Positions 48,946-60,009 of a stretch of DNA of 64,000 nucleotides are shown here, piece after piece. How positions within the stretch are numbered: the first letter of the stretch is position 1; each line of letters starts with the position of its first letter. Made by a program: the position numbers and the translations under genes. Source of the DNA: Lentimicrobiaceae bacterium (GTDB taxonomy: Bacteria; Bacteroidota; Bacteroidia; Bacteroidales; UBA4417). The stretch is taken from assembly GCA_031550085.1 (NCBI GenBank), contig JAVBOY010000022.1, positions 62,696-126,695 of the forward strand, written 5' to 3'. The notes beneath the pieces were generated by a model. The model did not search any database. It saw only the letters and a list, made by a program, of their open reading frames with translations, and was not told the origin of the DNA.

Positions 48946-49305
48946 TTGAAAGTTGAGAATGGAAAATTGAAGTTGATTCGTTAACAGGTTTACGGGTAAT
49001 AAGTTTACCATTCACCTTTTACTCTCCTGTACCAATAAACAATTCAACAACTCAACGATTCAACAGTTCAACCGACTACTCACCGTTCACAAATAAATGA
49101 TTAAACAGGCATTTTACTTTATGCGATTAAAACAGAATAATATTAGATTTAATTATCGTAGTCAAAAAAAATAAGGTTACTCCTATTTCACCCTCTACCG
49201 TTGACCTTGCACCTTTAACCATTTCCACAACTTCCCCGTTTTCCCTATTTACCCATTTCACCAAATAAACAATTAAACGATTAAACAGACATTTCACCTT
49301 TCACT
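48946..49305 (+). repeat. Intergenic mosaic repeat element, copy F
   Basis: Blocks shared (reverse complement) with B (49 bp) and D (about 95 bp). Confidence 0.9.
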
Positions 49306-49323
49306 CAAAAACTAAATAACAAT

Positions 49324-50196
49324 ATGAAAATCAAATCTTACCGGGCGCAGTATATCAACGATTTAACCGAAGAGCAAATCCGTGAAAAAGAACAACTTTT
49401 TCAAGAAAGCATGGTCAACGAAGCCGGTCAAATATTGGAAGAAACCACCTATTCGTCCGAAGGCGAAATTGAAAGCAAATATATTTTTGCTTACAACGAC
49501 AAAGGAAGCTTAACCAAAGAAATTATTGAAGACCCCGATGGGGAAATCGCTTCCTGTCGCGAAATGGAATACGACGACCAAAACCGCCTGTTAAAAGAAT
49601 ATTTCCACTATGGTGATCTTTCCGACGCCGATGTTACCCATTGTTATTATGATGAAAATGGCCTGCTGATTCGCAAGGAATTGATCAACAGCGACGATGA
49701 ATTGGAAACTTTGGATGAGTACGAATACCAAAATGGCAAACTGGTTTCGGAAATCCAACGCGATTCTTCTAAAAAAGTGAAAGCCGAGAAACGCTTTACT
49801 TACGATGCAAACGGCAATCTGATCGAAGAAAATATCAACTGGTTCAACGAATTGTACCGGCAAGTGCATCAGTACGGCGAAAACAAGGAACTGGAACTTA
49901 CCAAAAAATACAATACACGCAACCAACTGATGGAACGGTATTCATTTACCGAAAACGATAAAAAACAAGTGGTTGCCGTAAAAGAAGAAACCGTTAACGG
50001 AATCGTAGACCGTACCTACGAATATGACGAAGCAGGTAACATCGTATTGCAGGAAGAACGCGAAGCAAGCGGCAACCTGAGAGGTAAAATCCAACGTACC
50101 TACGAAGGGAAAAACTTGCAGTCAATCTACGTGTATGCTGGCGAAACAGAACGGCAACATGCACAAGAATACCGTATTCGCTACGAATACGAATAA
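49324..50196 (+). CDS. Acidic protein with YD-like repeats
   Basis: Repeated YDxxGxL units; no signal peptide. Confidence 0.75.
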   Translation: MKIKSYRAQYINDLTEEQIREKEQLFQESMVNEAGQILEETTYSSEGEIESKYIFAYNDKGSLTKEIIEDPDGEIASCREMEYDDQNRLLKEYFHYGDLSDADVTHCYYDENGLLIRKELINSDDELETLDEYEYQNGKLVSEIQRDSSKKVKAEKRFTYDANGNLIEENINWFNELYRQVHQYGENKELELTKKYNTRNQLMERYSFTENDKKQVVAVKEETVNGIVDRTYEYDEAGNIVLQEEREASGNLRGKIQRTYEGKNLQSIYVYAGETERQHAQEYRIRYEYE

Positions 50197-50234
50197 AAAA
50201 GTAAACTGAAGTAAAAAACGCCGCGACGTTTTTA

Positions 50235-50642
50235 CTAGAACGGCGTCGAATCGTCCACTACCTCGTCGGTTGGAGCGGAATAAGTGGTGGTTGTGCTGCT
50301 TTCGTTTTCCTTACGGGAATTCAGCATGATCAACTGATCTGCTAAAATTTCGGTAACAAAACGCTTGACACCGTCTTTTCCATCGTAGGAGCGTGAACGA
50401 ATGCGGCCCTCGATAAACACTTGACTACCCTTGTGTAAGAATTGTTCGGCAACATCGGCCAACCCGCGCCACATGATGATGCTGTGCCATTCGGTATGCT
50501 GAACATCGCGGCCTTCGCGGTCGCGTAAAATTTCGGTGGTGGCCAACGAAAAACTGGCTTTCTTAATACCGTCAAAAACTTGGATTTCAGGGTCTTTCCC
50601 GAGATTTCCAATTAAAACAACTTTGTTTAAACCTCTTGCCAT
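50235..50642 (-). CDS. ssb: Single-stranded DNA-binding protein
   Basis: NKVVLIGNLGKDPE, TEWH, KGSQV.IEG motifs and acidic tail DDSTPF. Confidence 0.95.
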   Translation of the reverse strand: MARGLNKVVLIGNLGKDPEIQVFDGIKKASFSLATTEILRDREGRDVQHTEWHSIIMWRGLADVAEQFLHKGSQVFIEGRIRSRSYDGKDGVKRFVTEILADQLIMLNSRKENESSTTTTYSAPTDEVVDDSTPF

Positions 50643-50830
50643 GGAAATACGTTTTTATATTTTTATTTATTTGGATGGGTACAAATATAATGAAATATCA
50701 TTAACTTTTTTTAAGTTTTGAAATTTATTTTTTAGAAAAAACATCATTTTCATTCTTTATTGCTGAAATCTTTCAATTTATGTAAATTTGCAATCTCAAA
50801 AAGTATTAATAGGTTAATTATTAAATAGAT

Positions 50831-51784
50831 ATGAATAGCGCCATCACCCAAACCCATTTTAATTTTAAAAATCAGAAAAATCAATACACCGGCAAGGTTC
50901 GCGATGTTTACAACATAAACAATGAATTGTTGGTGATGGTAACCTCCGATCGCATTTCGGCTTTTGACGTGGTGCTGCCACAAGGGATCCCATACAAAGG
51001 GCAGGTTTTGAACCAAATTGCAGCCAAATTCTTGGATGAAACGGCCGATATTTGTCCCAACTGGAAAATTGCGACACCCGATCCCATGGTGACGGTGGGG
51101 CATTTTTGCGAGCCGTTTAAAGTGGAAATGGTTATTCGGGCTTACCTTTCGGGGCACGCCTGGCGCGAATACAAAGCCGGAAAGCGCAGCATTTGCGGTA
51201 TTCCGATGCCCGGCGGAATGAAAGAAAACGACCGTTTTCCGCAGCCCATTATCACACCTACGACCAAAGCTGTTGTTGGACACGATGAAGATATTTCAAA
51301 AGAAGAAATTTTGAAACAAGGCCTGGTTTCGCCGGAAGATTACGAGATGCTGGAAAAATATACCCAGGAAATTTTTGCACGCGGAACTGAAATTGCCGCT
51401 CAAATGGGGCTGATTCTGGTGGATACCAAATATGAATTTGGCAAAGCCAACGGAAAAATTTTCCTGATCGATGAAGTGCATACGCCCGATTCGTCCCGCT
51501 ATTTCTATAAGGAAGGCTATGAAGAGCGGCAGTCCAAAGGCGAACCCCAGAAACAACTTTCCAAGGAATTTGTGCGCGAATGGTTGATCGATCATGATTT
51601 TCAAGGAAAAGAAGGACAGCAAGTACCTGAAATGACTCCCGAATTTGTCAATCAGGTTTCGGAACGCTACATCGAGTTATTCGAAAACATTACCGGCGAA
51701 TCTTTTCAACGTGCTGATACCACGCAAATCACCGACCGGGTCGAAAAAAACATTGCCAATTTCCTGAATGCGTATTACCGCTAA
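50831..51784 (+). CDS. purC: SAICAR synthetase
   Basis: [22 protein letters not shown] and [10 protein letters not shown] motifs. Confidence 0.96.
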   Translation: MNSAITQTHFNFKNQKNQYTGKVRDVYNINNELLVMVTSDRISAFDVVLPQGIPYKGQVLNQIAAKFLDETADICPNWKIATPDPMVTVGHFCEPFKVEMVIRAYLSGHAWREYKAGKRSICGIPMPGGMKENDRFPQPIITPTTKAVVGHDEDISKEEILKQGLVSPEDYEMLEKYTQEIFARGTEIAAQMGLILVDTKYEFGKANGKIFLIDEVHTPDSSRYFYKEGYEERQSKGEPQKQLSKEFVREWLIDHDFQGKEGQQVPEMTPEFVNQVSERYIELFENITGESFQRADTTQITDRVEKNIANFLNAYYR

Positions 51785-52010
51785 TATTATGGGAATGGAG
51801 TGCGTATGGAGTAATCATTCGTTATGAATTTGGAGTTTTTTGCAGATTCTTACGGACAAATGAGGGTTGGATCGAAACAGGGGATGGGTACAATGAATAA
51901 CCTGTTTTTACGTTATTATAAATTGGATTGAACCTTTTTGCAAAACGACTGTTGTATTGTTTCCCATAAAATTATTTATTTACGTATTCATTTTTTAATA
52001 TTCAAAACCA

Positions 52011-52694
52011 ATGAACAAAAGCACTCTTTTCATTTTACTTGCTGTTCTGGCTGTTGCCGTGATCGTTTTTATTATCGTACGCAATTCGAGGCTGAAAGGC
52101 GATAAAGCAACTGTATCTGAACAACAACAAGCTTTAGCCGGGACCGGAAATGTTTACAAGCTGAGTTTACCTCAAAGTCTTATCCATTGGATGGGCGCCA
52201 AGCCGATCGGAAAGCATTTTGGTACCTTCAACTTAAGCGAAGGTACGTTTACCGTTGATCCTGCTACAAACCTTATTACCGGCGGAAAGTTTATCATCGA
52301 CATGAACAGTTTGGTTGATTTGGATATGCAACCCGGCCAGTTTAAAGATAAATTGGTAGGCCACCTGAAAAGTCCCGACTTTTTTGATGTGGAAAAACAC
52401 CCTGCCGGAACGTTCGAAATTACAAAGGTCGTTCCGCACACGCCGGATGCAAATGCGGTATTAAAGGATGCTACCCATTTGATCAGCGGCAACTTAACGT
52501 TGAAAGACAGTACTAAAAATATCTCTTTCCCGGCAAAAATTATCTTTACAAACGGAAATTTCGAAGCAACCGCCGATTTCAACATCGACCGTACTATGTG
52601 GGGAATCCATTACGGCAATGACAAATCATTGGGAGATTCTTTTGTATACCCCGAAGTAAATATCAAACTGGATATCCGGGCCAACAAGGAATAA
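52011..52694 (+). CDS. YceI-family protein
   Basis: HLKSPDFFDV, GNLTLK and IDRT.WGI.Y motifs. Confidence 0.9.
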   Translation: MNKSTLFILLAVLAVAVIVFIIVRNSRLKGDKATVSEQQQALAGTGNVYKLSLPQSLIHWMGAKPIGKHFGTFNLSEGTFTVDPATNLITGGKFIIDMNSLVDLDMQPGQFKDKLVGHLKSPDFFDVEKHPAGTFEITKVVPHTPDANAVLKDATHLISGNLTLKDSTKNISFPAKIIFTNGNFEATADFNIDRTMWGIHYGNDKSLGDSFVYPEVNIKLDIRANKE

Positions 52695-52762
52695 CACAAA
52701 AAAAGCAATCATAAAGGAAAACGCCGTTTTTGCGGCGTTTTTTTTGTTTTACTGGAATCTGG

Positions 52763-53446
52763 TCAAGAAAGGGGAATCTGGTCTTCCCAGCGGATGATTC
52801 TAAAATCGGCAGGGAAATCCGGATCCAGCGAACAAACAGCCAGTTTGTAATCCGTCGCAATAGGGTAGAGGCGTACCTGAAATTTTTCGGCCTGCGGATG
52901 ACCCGATAATCTAAAAGCAGTTTCCGATTTTTGCACGGTAAACGTATCCAGCGAAAGCGCTAATCCTTGTCCCGTGGCTTTCAGATAACTTTCCTTGATC
53001 GTCCATAAAGTGAAAAAATAGTCTTGCTGTTCGTCAAGTGGCAAGGCAAACAAATCTTGCTGTTCCGCCGGCGAAAAATAACGTTCCGCAATCAGGTAAT
53101 TGGCTCTGCGGATGCGTTCCACATCGATGCCCACTTCGTTTTGCGCCGTGGCACACACCACATAATTTCCCGAATGGGAAATATTGAAAAACAGTCCGGG
53201 ATGGCTGGTTAGAAAAGGCTTGCCTGTTGCGGAAACAGAAAAGCGTATTTCGGCGAACGGCAAGGAAAAAACGGTTGCAAGGGCGTAACGCGCCAACCAT
53301 TCGCCCATAAAGGAACGCAAACGACTGCCAGGATTGGTCATGTTTTCAAATTTCCGGGTTCCCACACCCGAAGGGAGGCGTTGAAGCAAGGTCTCTGTTG
53401 GAATATTCTTGTAGGGTTCGATATGTAAAACAAAAACAGAGACCAT
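52763..53446 (-). CDS. Sfp-type 4'-phosphopantetheinyl transferase
   Basis: GKP, FNISHSG, VGIDVE and WTIKESYLKA.G.GL motifs. Confidence 0.92.
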   Translation of the reverse strand: MVSVFVLHIEPYKNIPTETLLQRLPSGVGTRKFENMTNPGSRLRSFMGEWLARYALATVFSLPFAEIRFSVSATGKPFLTSHPGLFFNISHSGNYVVCATAQNEVGIDVERIRRANYLIAERYFSPAEQQDLFALPLDEQQDYFFTLWTIKESYLKATGQGLALSLDTFTVQKSETAFRLSGHPQAEKFQVRLYPIATDYKLAVCSLDPDFPADFRIIRWEDQIPLS

Positions 53447-53463
53447 CCGTTGCCAGCATTTCG

Positions 53464-53700
53464 TTACAGAGAAACGGATTCAACCGCTTTGATTTCGGGA
53501 ATTTCTTTCCGGATGGCTTCTTCCACTCCGTTTTTTAATGTCATGCGGCTGTAAGGGCACGAACCGCAAGCACCTTGCAATTCGACATTCACCACCATTT
53601 CGGGCGTGATGTTGACAAATTGAATATCGCCTCCGTCGGCTTGTAAATACGGGCGGATTTGATCGATGATGCTACAAACTCTGCTTTCTAATTCGGTCAT
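53464..53700 (-). CDS. NifU/Nfu-family Fe-S carrier
   Basis: IRPYLQADGGD...GACGSCP.S..TLK motif. Confidence 0.93.
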   Translation of the reverse strand: MTELESRVCSIIDQIRPYLQADGGDIQFVNITPEMVVNVELQGACGSCPYSRMTLKNGVEEAIRKEIPEIKAVESVSL

Positions 53701-53752
53701 TCTTTCGGGTTTTATCGGATGATAATGTAGTTCGCGTAGTGAATTTTGAAAT

Positions 53753-54844
53753 TTAATTCAAGGCATTTTGGATCGCAATTTGCCGGACAACGTTTTCGGC
53801 AAAGTTACGGAAGCTGGTTTCGTCAACCACATCATGGGAAACCGCAATCGGACTTCCGTTGTCGCCGGCCTCGCGAATGCTTTGCACCAACGGAATCTGT
53901 CCGAGCAAAGGAATGCCTGTTTCTTCGGCATAGCGTTTCCCACCTTCTTTCCCGAAGATAAAATATTTGTTACCGGGCAATTCGGCCGGTGTAAACCACG
54001 ACATGTTTTCAACCAATCCCAGGATCGGCACATTGATGCTTGCCTGAGTAAACATGGCATGTGCTTTGCGCGCATCGGCCAAAGCCACTTCTTGCGGAGT
54101 TGTTACAATAATCGCGCCTGTAACGTCGGCATTTTGAACCAGGGTCAAATGAATATCGCCGGTGCCCGGAGGCATGTCGATGACCAAATAATCCAATTCG
54201 CCCCACTCGCTGCCTGTGAGCATCTGCAACAAATAATTCGATGCCATGGGGCCGCGCCAGATCAAAGCCTTTTCAGGATCGACAAAAAAGCCGATGGAAA
54301 GGATTTTGATGTTGTGTTTCACCATGGGTGTGATGACCGTCCGTCCGTTCACTTCATTGGCCAGCGGATGGGCATGCATCATATCAAACATCAAAGGAAC
54401 GGAAGGCCCGTAAATATCCGCATCCAGGATTCCGACCTTCGCTCCCAATTTTTCCAATGAGATGGCCAGATTCGCCGCCACGGTTGATTTTCCGACTCCC
54501 CCTTTTCCCGAAACCACCGCAATGATATTTTTTACGTTTTTCAGCAAATCTTCTTGGTGTAAAGGATCGTTGGAGGCTATATGGCGCCGCGAAGTGGTTC
54601 GTGAAGTAATTTCTACGGAAACTTCAACATCCGGATCTACGTGATCTTTGATGGCCTGGATGCAATTGTCGCGGATCAAATTTTTGAGCGGGCAGGCGGG
54701 TGTCGTCAATACCAGGCTAAAACTTATTTTTTTTTCGTCAATCGTTATGTTTTCAATCATTCCCAAGGTAACCAAATCTTTCTTCAGATCAGGATCCATG
54801 ACATGGCGTAACGCGTCGAAAATACGTTCAGTCGTAATATTCAT
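53753..54844 (-). CDS. mrp: Mrp/ApbC (NBP35) Fe-S carrier ATPase
   Basis: N-terminal DUF59 (DP...LTTPACP), GKGGVGKST, DADIYGPS and ENMS motifs. Confidence 0.93.
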   Translation of the reverse strand: MNITTERIFDALRHVMDPDLKKDLVTLGMIENITIDEKKISFSLVLTTPACPLKNLIRDNCIQAIKDHVDPDVEVSVEITSRTTSRRHIASNDPLHQEDLLKNVKNIIAVVSGKGGVGKSTVAANLAISLEKLGAKVGILDADIYGPSVPLMFDMMHAHPLANEVNGRTVITPMVKHNIKILSIGFFVDPEKALIWRGPMASNYLLQMLTGSEWGELDYLVIDMPPGTGDIHLTLVQNADVTGAIIVTTPQEVALADARKAHAMFTQASINVPILGLVENMSWFTPAELPGNKYFIFGKEGGKRYAEETGIPLLGQIPLVQSIREAGDNGSPIAVSHDVVDETSFRNFAENVVRQIAIQNALN

Positions 54845-54978
54845 GGTGCAAAAGTACACTATTTATCCGTTTATGTCTTTTAAAGCTTCCAATTTTAAGT
54901 ATTTTAGAATATTTGTACACGACAAAAGCCAAACTTTTTTACTTTTGAAACCTTCTATATTAAGTAGCTTTTTTTATT

Positions 54979-55491
54979 ATGAAAAAAATTCTGCCCTTTG
55001 CTATTTGGTTTTTGCTTTCATCCGTTGCATATCAGGCTGTTGCTCAAAAAATACTTTTTTTGGAGCGTCCGGGAACGACCAAATACCGGCAGTACGAAGT
55101 TGGCGATCTCATTACCTTTCAAAGCCATGATACAAAATTCAAGGGGCACATCATTCAAATCAATGATTCTTCCTTTCGAATCGATAAAGAACGGCTGCAC
55201 CAGCTTTCGGATATTCAATATGTTATTGCGAATAAAAACGGTTGGAAAACCGGTGGGAAAATATTGGCGTCGTTGGGAGTGCTTTATTTAGGGGTTAGTG
55301 CGTTAAACGGAGTGATTGCCCCGGATGAGCCGCAAGTCGTTTCAAAAAACGAAGCCATTACATCCGCTTCTTTGGTGGGTGCGGGAGGACTTTTGCATTT
55401 GGTGCCCAACCGGAAATTTAAAATGGGGAAATCGTGGCGGCTGCGTGTGATTGATTTTACAAACGATATTCCGAGGGATGATAAAAAATAG
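54979..55491 (+). CDS. Hypothetical exported/membrane protein
   Basis: Signal peptide plus two hydrophobic segments. Confidence 0.65.
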   Translation: MKKILPFAIWFLLSSVAYQAVAQKILFLERPGTTKYRQYEVGDLITFQSHDTKFKGHIIQINDSSFRIDKERLHQLSDIQYVIANKNGWKTGGKILASLGVLYLGVSALNGVIAPDEPQVVSKNEAITSASLVGAGGLLHLVPNRKFKMGKSWRLRVIDFTNDIPRDDKK

Positions 55492-55712
55492 TGGAAAATT
55501 GGTTGGACAAATTTTTGTATCAGAATAAATTTTCCAAATCTGTTGTAATTAATTAAAAATCAATAAATTATCAATTTTTCGATCAAACTTTTTTATTGCA
55601 AAAAAACTAAGCAAGAATGATTTTTTTAATATAAAAAGACGTAATTTTGCATACAAACAATTTTTTATCTTGTCTTATTCCTATAACTCTTTTACCTCTA
55701 AAAACTAACACG

Positions 55713-57812
55713 ATGAAAAAAAACTTACTCTTATTGGTTTTCCTCATGATGATCGGTGTTTATGGGTTTTCACAAGTAGTTTACAGTGAAGACTTTTCAT
55801 CAGGCGCGATCACAGGTTGGTCCGGTAATGCAGCAAACCTGTTTAAAATTTCCGAAACTCAAAAAGCGGGCGGCGTAGTTCCCGAAATGAGGTTGAGCAA
55901 TGCCATTGTCATTTTTCCGCCGGTAAAATTCATTTCTCCCGTCATCGATGCGACCGGAATAACTTCTGCTGCACTTTCTTTCAAGCAGTATTTTGACTTT
56001 GATGCTACGTCAACGGCTCCGTTTACGTTTAATGTCCTGACGAGAAAGGATGAAGCCTCCGATTGGCGTAAGGTAGATTCGTTGTCTTATAATTCGGATT
56101 TCACTAATACGTACGTTGCTTTTTTGGATGCTACCGATTTGGATTCGCCCACCTTCCAGTTTTGTTTCGAAATTACGGGCCGGAAAACCCAGTTTATCGA
56201 ATGGTGTATCGATGATATCCGGGTTGAGGCCTTAACAGGGTTGGATTTGGCGCTTACTTCCCTGGCTTTTCCCGATAAGATTTATGACAAAAGCAAATAT
56301 GTTTCGGGAACCGTACGGAATGTGCAGGGAACCACAATCCATTCGCTGGATGTCAGTTGGAAGCTCAACGATAACATTACGCACAAAACTTCTTTTTCCG
56401 GTTTGAATCTTGAAACCGGGAACTATTTTAATTTTACCTGTGATGATTATGTCCCGTTTAAATTGGGAGACGACAAACTGACGGTTTGGATTTCAAACAT
56501 CAACGGCGGAAATGATGATAATGAGGACAACAACCAACTTGAAAAAAGTTTCACGATGGTAAGTAGCAGCCCCAGCCGTCATCCGATGTTCGAGGTCTTC
56601 ACAAGTTCTACTTGCGGCCCCTGTGTGGGATTTGCAAATACAATGGTATCGTGGGTAATTCCGTATGGTGACGACATTTCTGTTGTGAAATACCAAATGA
56701 ACTGGCCAGGATCCGGAGATCCTTATTATACGGCAGAGGGTGGAGTTCGTAGAACTTATTACGGGGTTAGTGCTGTTCCCGACATGTATTGTGATGGGAC
56801 CAAATATGACTGTTCGGCTTCCGGATTGCAAAATGCATACAATACGTCCAGTGTCAAACCCAAGAAAGTAAATATCAATGTAGAGCATACCATTGACGGA
56901 AAGATGGTAACAATTATGGGATCCATTATGCCGCTTGAAAATTTGGGCAATGCAAAGTTGAATATTGCTGTTATTGAGAAAATTACGACCCAAAATAAAG
57001 GTGGAAACGGCCAAACCGAGTTTCACGATGTGATGATGAAAATGGTTCCCGATGCTTCCGGAACGGCCGTTAATTTGGTAGCGAATAAACCCGTTCCGAT
57101 TCTGTTCTCGGTGGACATGACCGGTACCCATGTGGAAGAAATGTCGGATTTGAGGGTGGTTGTATTTATCCAAGCGTCCAACAAAGACATTTATAATTCG
57201 GGTTATTCTGCAGAAGCTGTGGCCATTGCTGCGTCAAATATCAAAGATGGCGATACCAATGTCGCTTTGGATTCGAAATTCATTGTTGATTATTCCACCC
57301 CGATTTATATGCCTGGTGGTGCCGAAATAACGAATGCCAATGTGTCGTCTTTGATTTCATTCACGAATGAGTCCAAATCGCCTGTTTCGTTTACAGCGGA
57401 AATCCTGGCCGGAAGCAAAACGATTGTGGTCACTCCGTCTAATCCGTTGAATAAAGGTAACAAATATCAAATAAAGGTAAAGGCTGTTGAAACAACCAGC
57501 GGAGCAAGCGTTCCGGGTTTGGAAGTAAACTTCAAAACCTTGGGTATCGATGCGGTTGCCCCGACAAATGAAATCGTAGGGGTAAAAGTATTCCCGAATC
57601 CTTCTGCTGCTGGTTCGACGGTTGAATTCAGGGGTATTTCGAATGTGAAAAACATTACGTTGGTCAATGCACTTGGGAAAGTCGTATTCCAATACAACCA
57701 TGTGCCTGCGAATAAATTTGAGTTGCCTGGCAACATCGCACCCGGCGTTTATTTCGTGAAATTTATGACTCCTGAGAAAACACTCACCAGCCGTTTGATC
57801 ATTGTGAAATAA
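55713..57812 (+). CDS. T9SS type A secreted protein with Omp28-like thioredoxin domain and Ig-like domain
   Basis: EVFTSSTCGPC, KYQMNWPGSGDPYY, VMMKM.P motifs and FPNP...G.Y CTD. Confidence 0.82.
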   Translation: MKKNLLLLVFLMMIGVYGFSQVVYSEDFSSGAITGWSGNAANLFKISETQKAGGVVPEMRLSNAIVIFPPVKFISPVIDATGITSAALSFKQYFDFDATSTAPFTFNVLTRKDEASDWRKVDSLSYNSDFTNTYVAFLDATDLDSPTFQFCFEITGRKTQFIEWCIDDIRVEALTGLDLALTSLAFPDKIYDKSKYVSGTVRNVQGTTIHSLDVSWKLNDNITHKTSFSGLNLETGNYFNFTCDDYVPFKLGDDKLTVWISNINGGNDDNEDNNQLEKSFTMVSSSPSRHPMFEVFTSSTCGPCVGFANTMVSWVIPYGDDISVVKYQMNWPGSGDPYYTAEGGVRRTYYGVSAVPDMYCDGTKYDCSASGLQNAYNTSSVKPKKVNINVEHTIDGKMVTIMGSIMPLENLGNAKLNIAVIEKITTQNKGGNGQTEFHDVMMKMVPDASGTAVNLVANKPVPILFSVDMTGTHVEEMSDLRVVVFIQASNKDIYNSGYSAEAVAIAASNIKDGDTNVALDSKFIVDYSTPIYMPGGAEITNANVSSLISFTNESKSPVSFTAEILAGSKTIVVTPSNPLNKGNKYQIKVKAVETTSGASVPGLEVNFKTLGIDAVAPTNEIVGVKVFPNPSAAGSTVEFRGISNVKNITLVNALGKVVFQYNHVPANKFELPGNIAPGVYFVKFMTPEKTLTSRLIIVK

Positions 57813-57833
57813 GTAATTCATAAATTTATAGAG

Positions 57834-57867
57834 AGGCTGTCTAGATTCGGTTTAGACAGCCTTTTTT
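57834..57867 (+). terminator. Rho-independent terminator
   Basis: aggctgtcta...tagacagcct plus T run. Confidence 0.85.
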
Positions 57868-57940
57868 ATTTCATGCTGAGGTTAAACAAAATCTAAATAT
57901 CCGTTGTTGTAATATCAGTTTTTTAAATATTGTTTTTTAT

Positions 57941-59986
57941 ATGAGTACGGAACGTAAATTTAAAATAGATACTATTGATAAAGAAACGCTTACCAAATGG
58001 TACTACCTGCTAACTCTCGGACGAAAATTAGATGAACGCGCACCCAATTACTTACGTCAGGCATTAGGCTGGTCGTATCATGCTCCTTACGCAGGGCATG
58101 ACGGCATTCAACTGGCCATTGGGCAGGTTTTTGAACGGGGAGTCGACCATTTGTTTCCTTATTATCGCGATATGCAAACGGCTTTGTCGGCAGGAATCAC
58201 CGCCGACGAAATCATCCTGAACGGAATTTCGAAGGCTGCCGATGTGGCAAGCGGTGGCCGCCATATGAGCAATCACTTTGCCAAACCCGAATGGAATATT
58301 CATAACGTGTCGTCCAATACCGGCAACCATACGCTGCATGCGGTGGGAGTGGCGCGGGCGATCAAACGATACGGTGTCAAAGCGGTAGCCATCAGTTCGC
58401 AAGGAGAATCCTCCACATCGGAAGGATATGTGTATGAAGCCATTAATGGGGCAAGTAATGAAAAACTTCCCGTCGTGTTTGTCATTCAGGACAACCAGTA
58501 TGGAATATCCGTGCCCAAACGCGACCAAACAGCCAATATTTTTGCAGCCGAAAACTTTTCGGGAATGAAGAACCTGCGGATTATCTATTGCGACGGCAAG
58601 AATATCTTCGATTCGATGAATGCCATGTACGAAGCCAAGCGCCACGCCATTGAACATCAGGAGCCGGTGATTGTGCATGCCCGCGTGGTTCGCATCCATT
58701 CGCATTCCAACAGCGACAAACACGAATTATACCGGGACGAAAACGAACGCCATTGCGCTTTGGCGGCCGACCCGCTGGCGCGTTTCCGCATCGTTTTATT
58801 ACACTCCAAGAAATTTACCGAAGAAGAATTGAAAGCCTTGGACGAAAAAGCCCAACAGGAAGTGTTGGCCGCTCACCGCAAAGCCATGGTTTCTCCCGAT
58901 CCGACACCGGAATCCATTTACCAGTTCGTATATCCGGAAGCTTACGTTTCCGGCAAATATCCCGATGGAACGCACAATCAATCCGAAGGGAAAAAAATGA
59001 AATTAATCCAATCCTTGAACGAAACCTTAAAGGAAGAGTTCCGGCTCAATCCTGATACCTTTTTATGGGGACAGGATGTGGCAAACAAGGAAAAAGGCGG
59101 TATTTTCAACGTGACCAAAGGCATGCAGCAGGAATTCGGCATCGAACGAATTTTTAACGGCCCCATTGCAGAAGATTACATTACCGGAACAGCCAACGGC
59201 ATGAGCCGCTTCAACGATAAAATCCGTGTGGTGGTGGAAGGAGCCGAGTTTGCCGATTACTTTTGGCCGGCTATGGAACAATTGGTTGAAACCTCGCACG
59301 ACTACTGGCGCAGCAATGGCGCTTTTTCTCCGAATGTCACCATCCGGTTGGCATCCGGCGGATACATCGGCGGCGGTCTGTACCATTCGCAAACCATTGA
59401 AGGCGTGTTGACGACATTTCCCGGCATCCGGGTGGTATATCCCTCCTTCGCCGATGATGCAGCCGGGTTGTTGCGTACCTCTATCCGTTCCAAAGGCGCA
59501 ACCGTATTTTTGGAGCCCAAAGCGTTGTACAACGATCCGTTGGCGGAAACAGTCGTCCCCGACGGTTTTGAAGTCCCTTTTGGAAAAGCCCGTATTCGCA
59601 ATGCCGGCGACCATCTGACCATCATTACTTACGGAAATACCACCCACATGAGTCTTGCCGTAGCAAAACGTATTTTTGAGGAAACCGGAAAAACCGTGGA
59701 AGTCATCGATCTTCGTTCGTTGATTCCGTTGGATGAAGAAGCCATCTTGAAATCCATTCAAAAAACATCGCGGGCGTTGGTTGTCCACGAGGATAAGGTG
59801 TTTGGCGGATTCGGCGGCGAATTGGCAGCCCTGATTGCCGAAAAAGCATTTTCGTATCTGGATGCTCCGGTTCGACGTGTAGGCTCGGAATTTACGCCGG
59901 TAGGCTTCAACCATATTCTGGAAAAAGCCATTTTACCGAATGAAGAAAAAATCTACAAAGCCGCCAAAGGTTTGTTGGAGTTTTGA
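57941..59986 (+). CDS. Fused E1 alpha/beta 2-oxoacid (probably branched-chain) dehydrogenase
   Basis: PYYRD, TPP motif GESSTSEG...N, HSNSD, GGLYHSQ and IDLRSL.PLD motifs. Confidence 0.9.
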   Translation: MSTERKFKIDTIDKETLTKWYYLLTLGRKLDERAPNYLRQALGWSYHAPYAGHDGIQLAIGQVFERGVDHLFPYYRDMQTALSAGITADEIILNGISKAADVASGGRHMSNHFAKPEWNIHNVSSNTGNHTLHAVGVARAIKRYGVKAVAISSQGESSTSEGYVYEAINGASNEKLPVVFVIQDNQYGISVPKRDQTANIFAAENFSGMKNLRIIYCDGKNIFDSMNAMYEAKRHAIEHQEPVIVHARVVRIHSHSNSDKHELYRDENERHCALAADPLARFRIVLLHSKKFTEEELKALDEKAQQEVLAAHRKAMVSPDPTPESIYQFVYPEAYVSGKYPDGTHNQSEGKKMKLIQSLNETLKEEFRLNPDTFLWGQDVANKEKGGIFNVTKGMQQEFGIERIFNGPIAEDYITGTANGMSRFNDKIRVVVEGAEFADYFWPAMEQLVETSHDYWRSNGAFSPNVTIRLASGGYIGGGLYHSQTIEGVLTTFPGIRVVYPSFADDAAGLLRTSIRSKGATVFLEPKALYNDPLAETVVPDGFEVPFGKARIRNAGDHLTIITYGNTTHMSLAVAKRIFEETGKTVEVIDLRSLIPLDEEAILKSIQKTSRALVVHEDKVFGGFGGELAALIAEKAFSYLDAPVRRVGSEFTPVGFNHILEKAILPNEEKIYKAAKGLLEF

Positions 59987-60009
59987 TCGTGGCGTGTAAT
60001 AGTGGTTCC

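Noticed and set aside
49324-50196. Rhs toxin
   Set aside because: Short protein with no Rhs core motif (DPxG), toxin domain or immunity gene.
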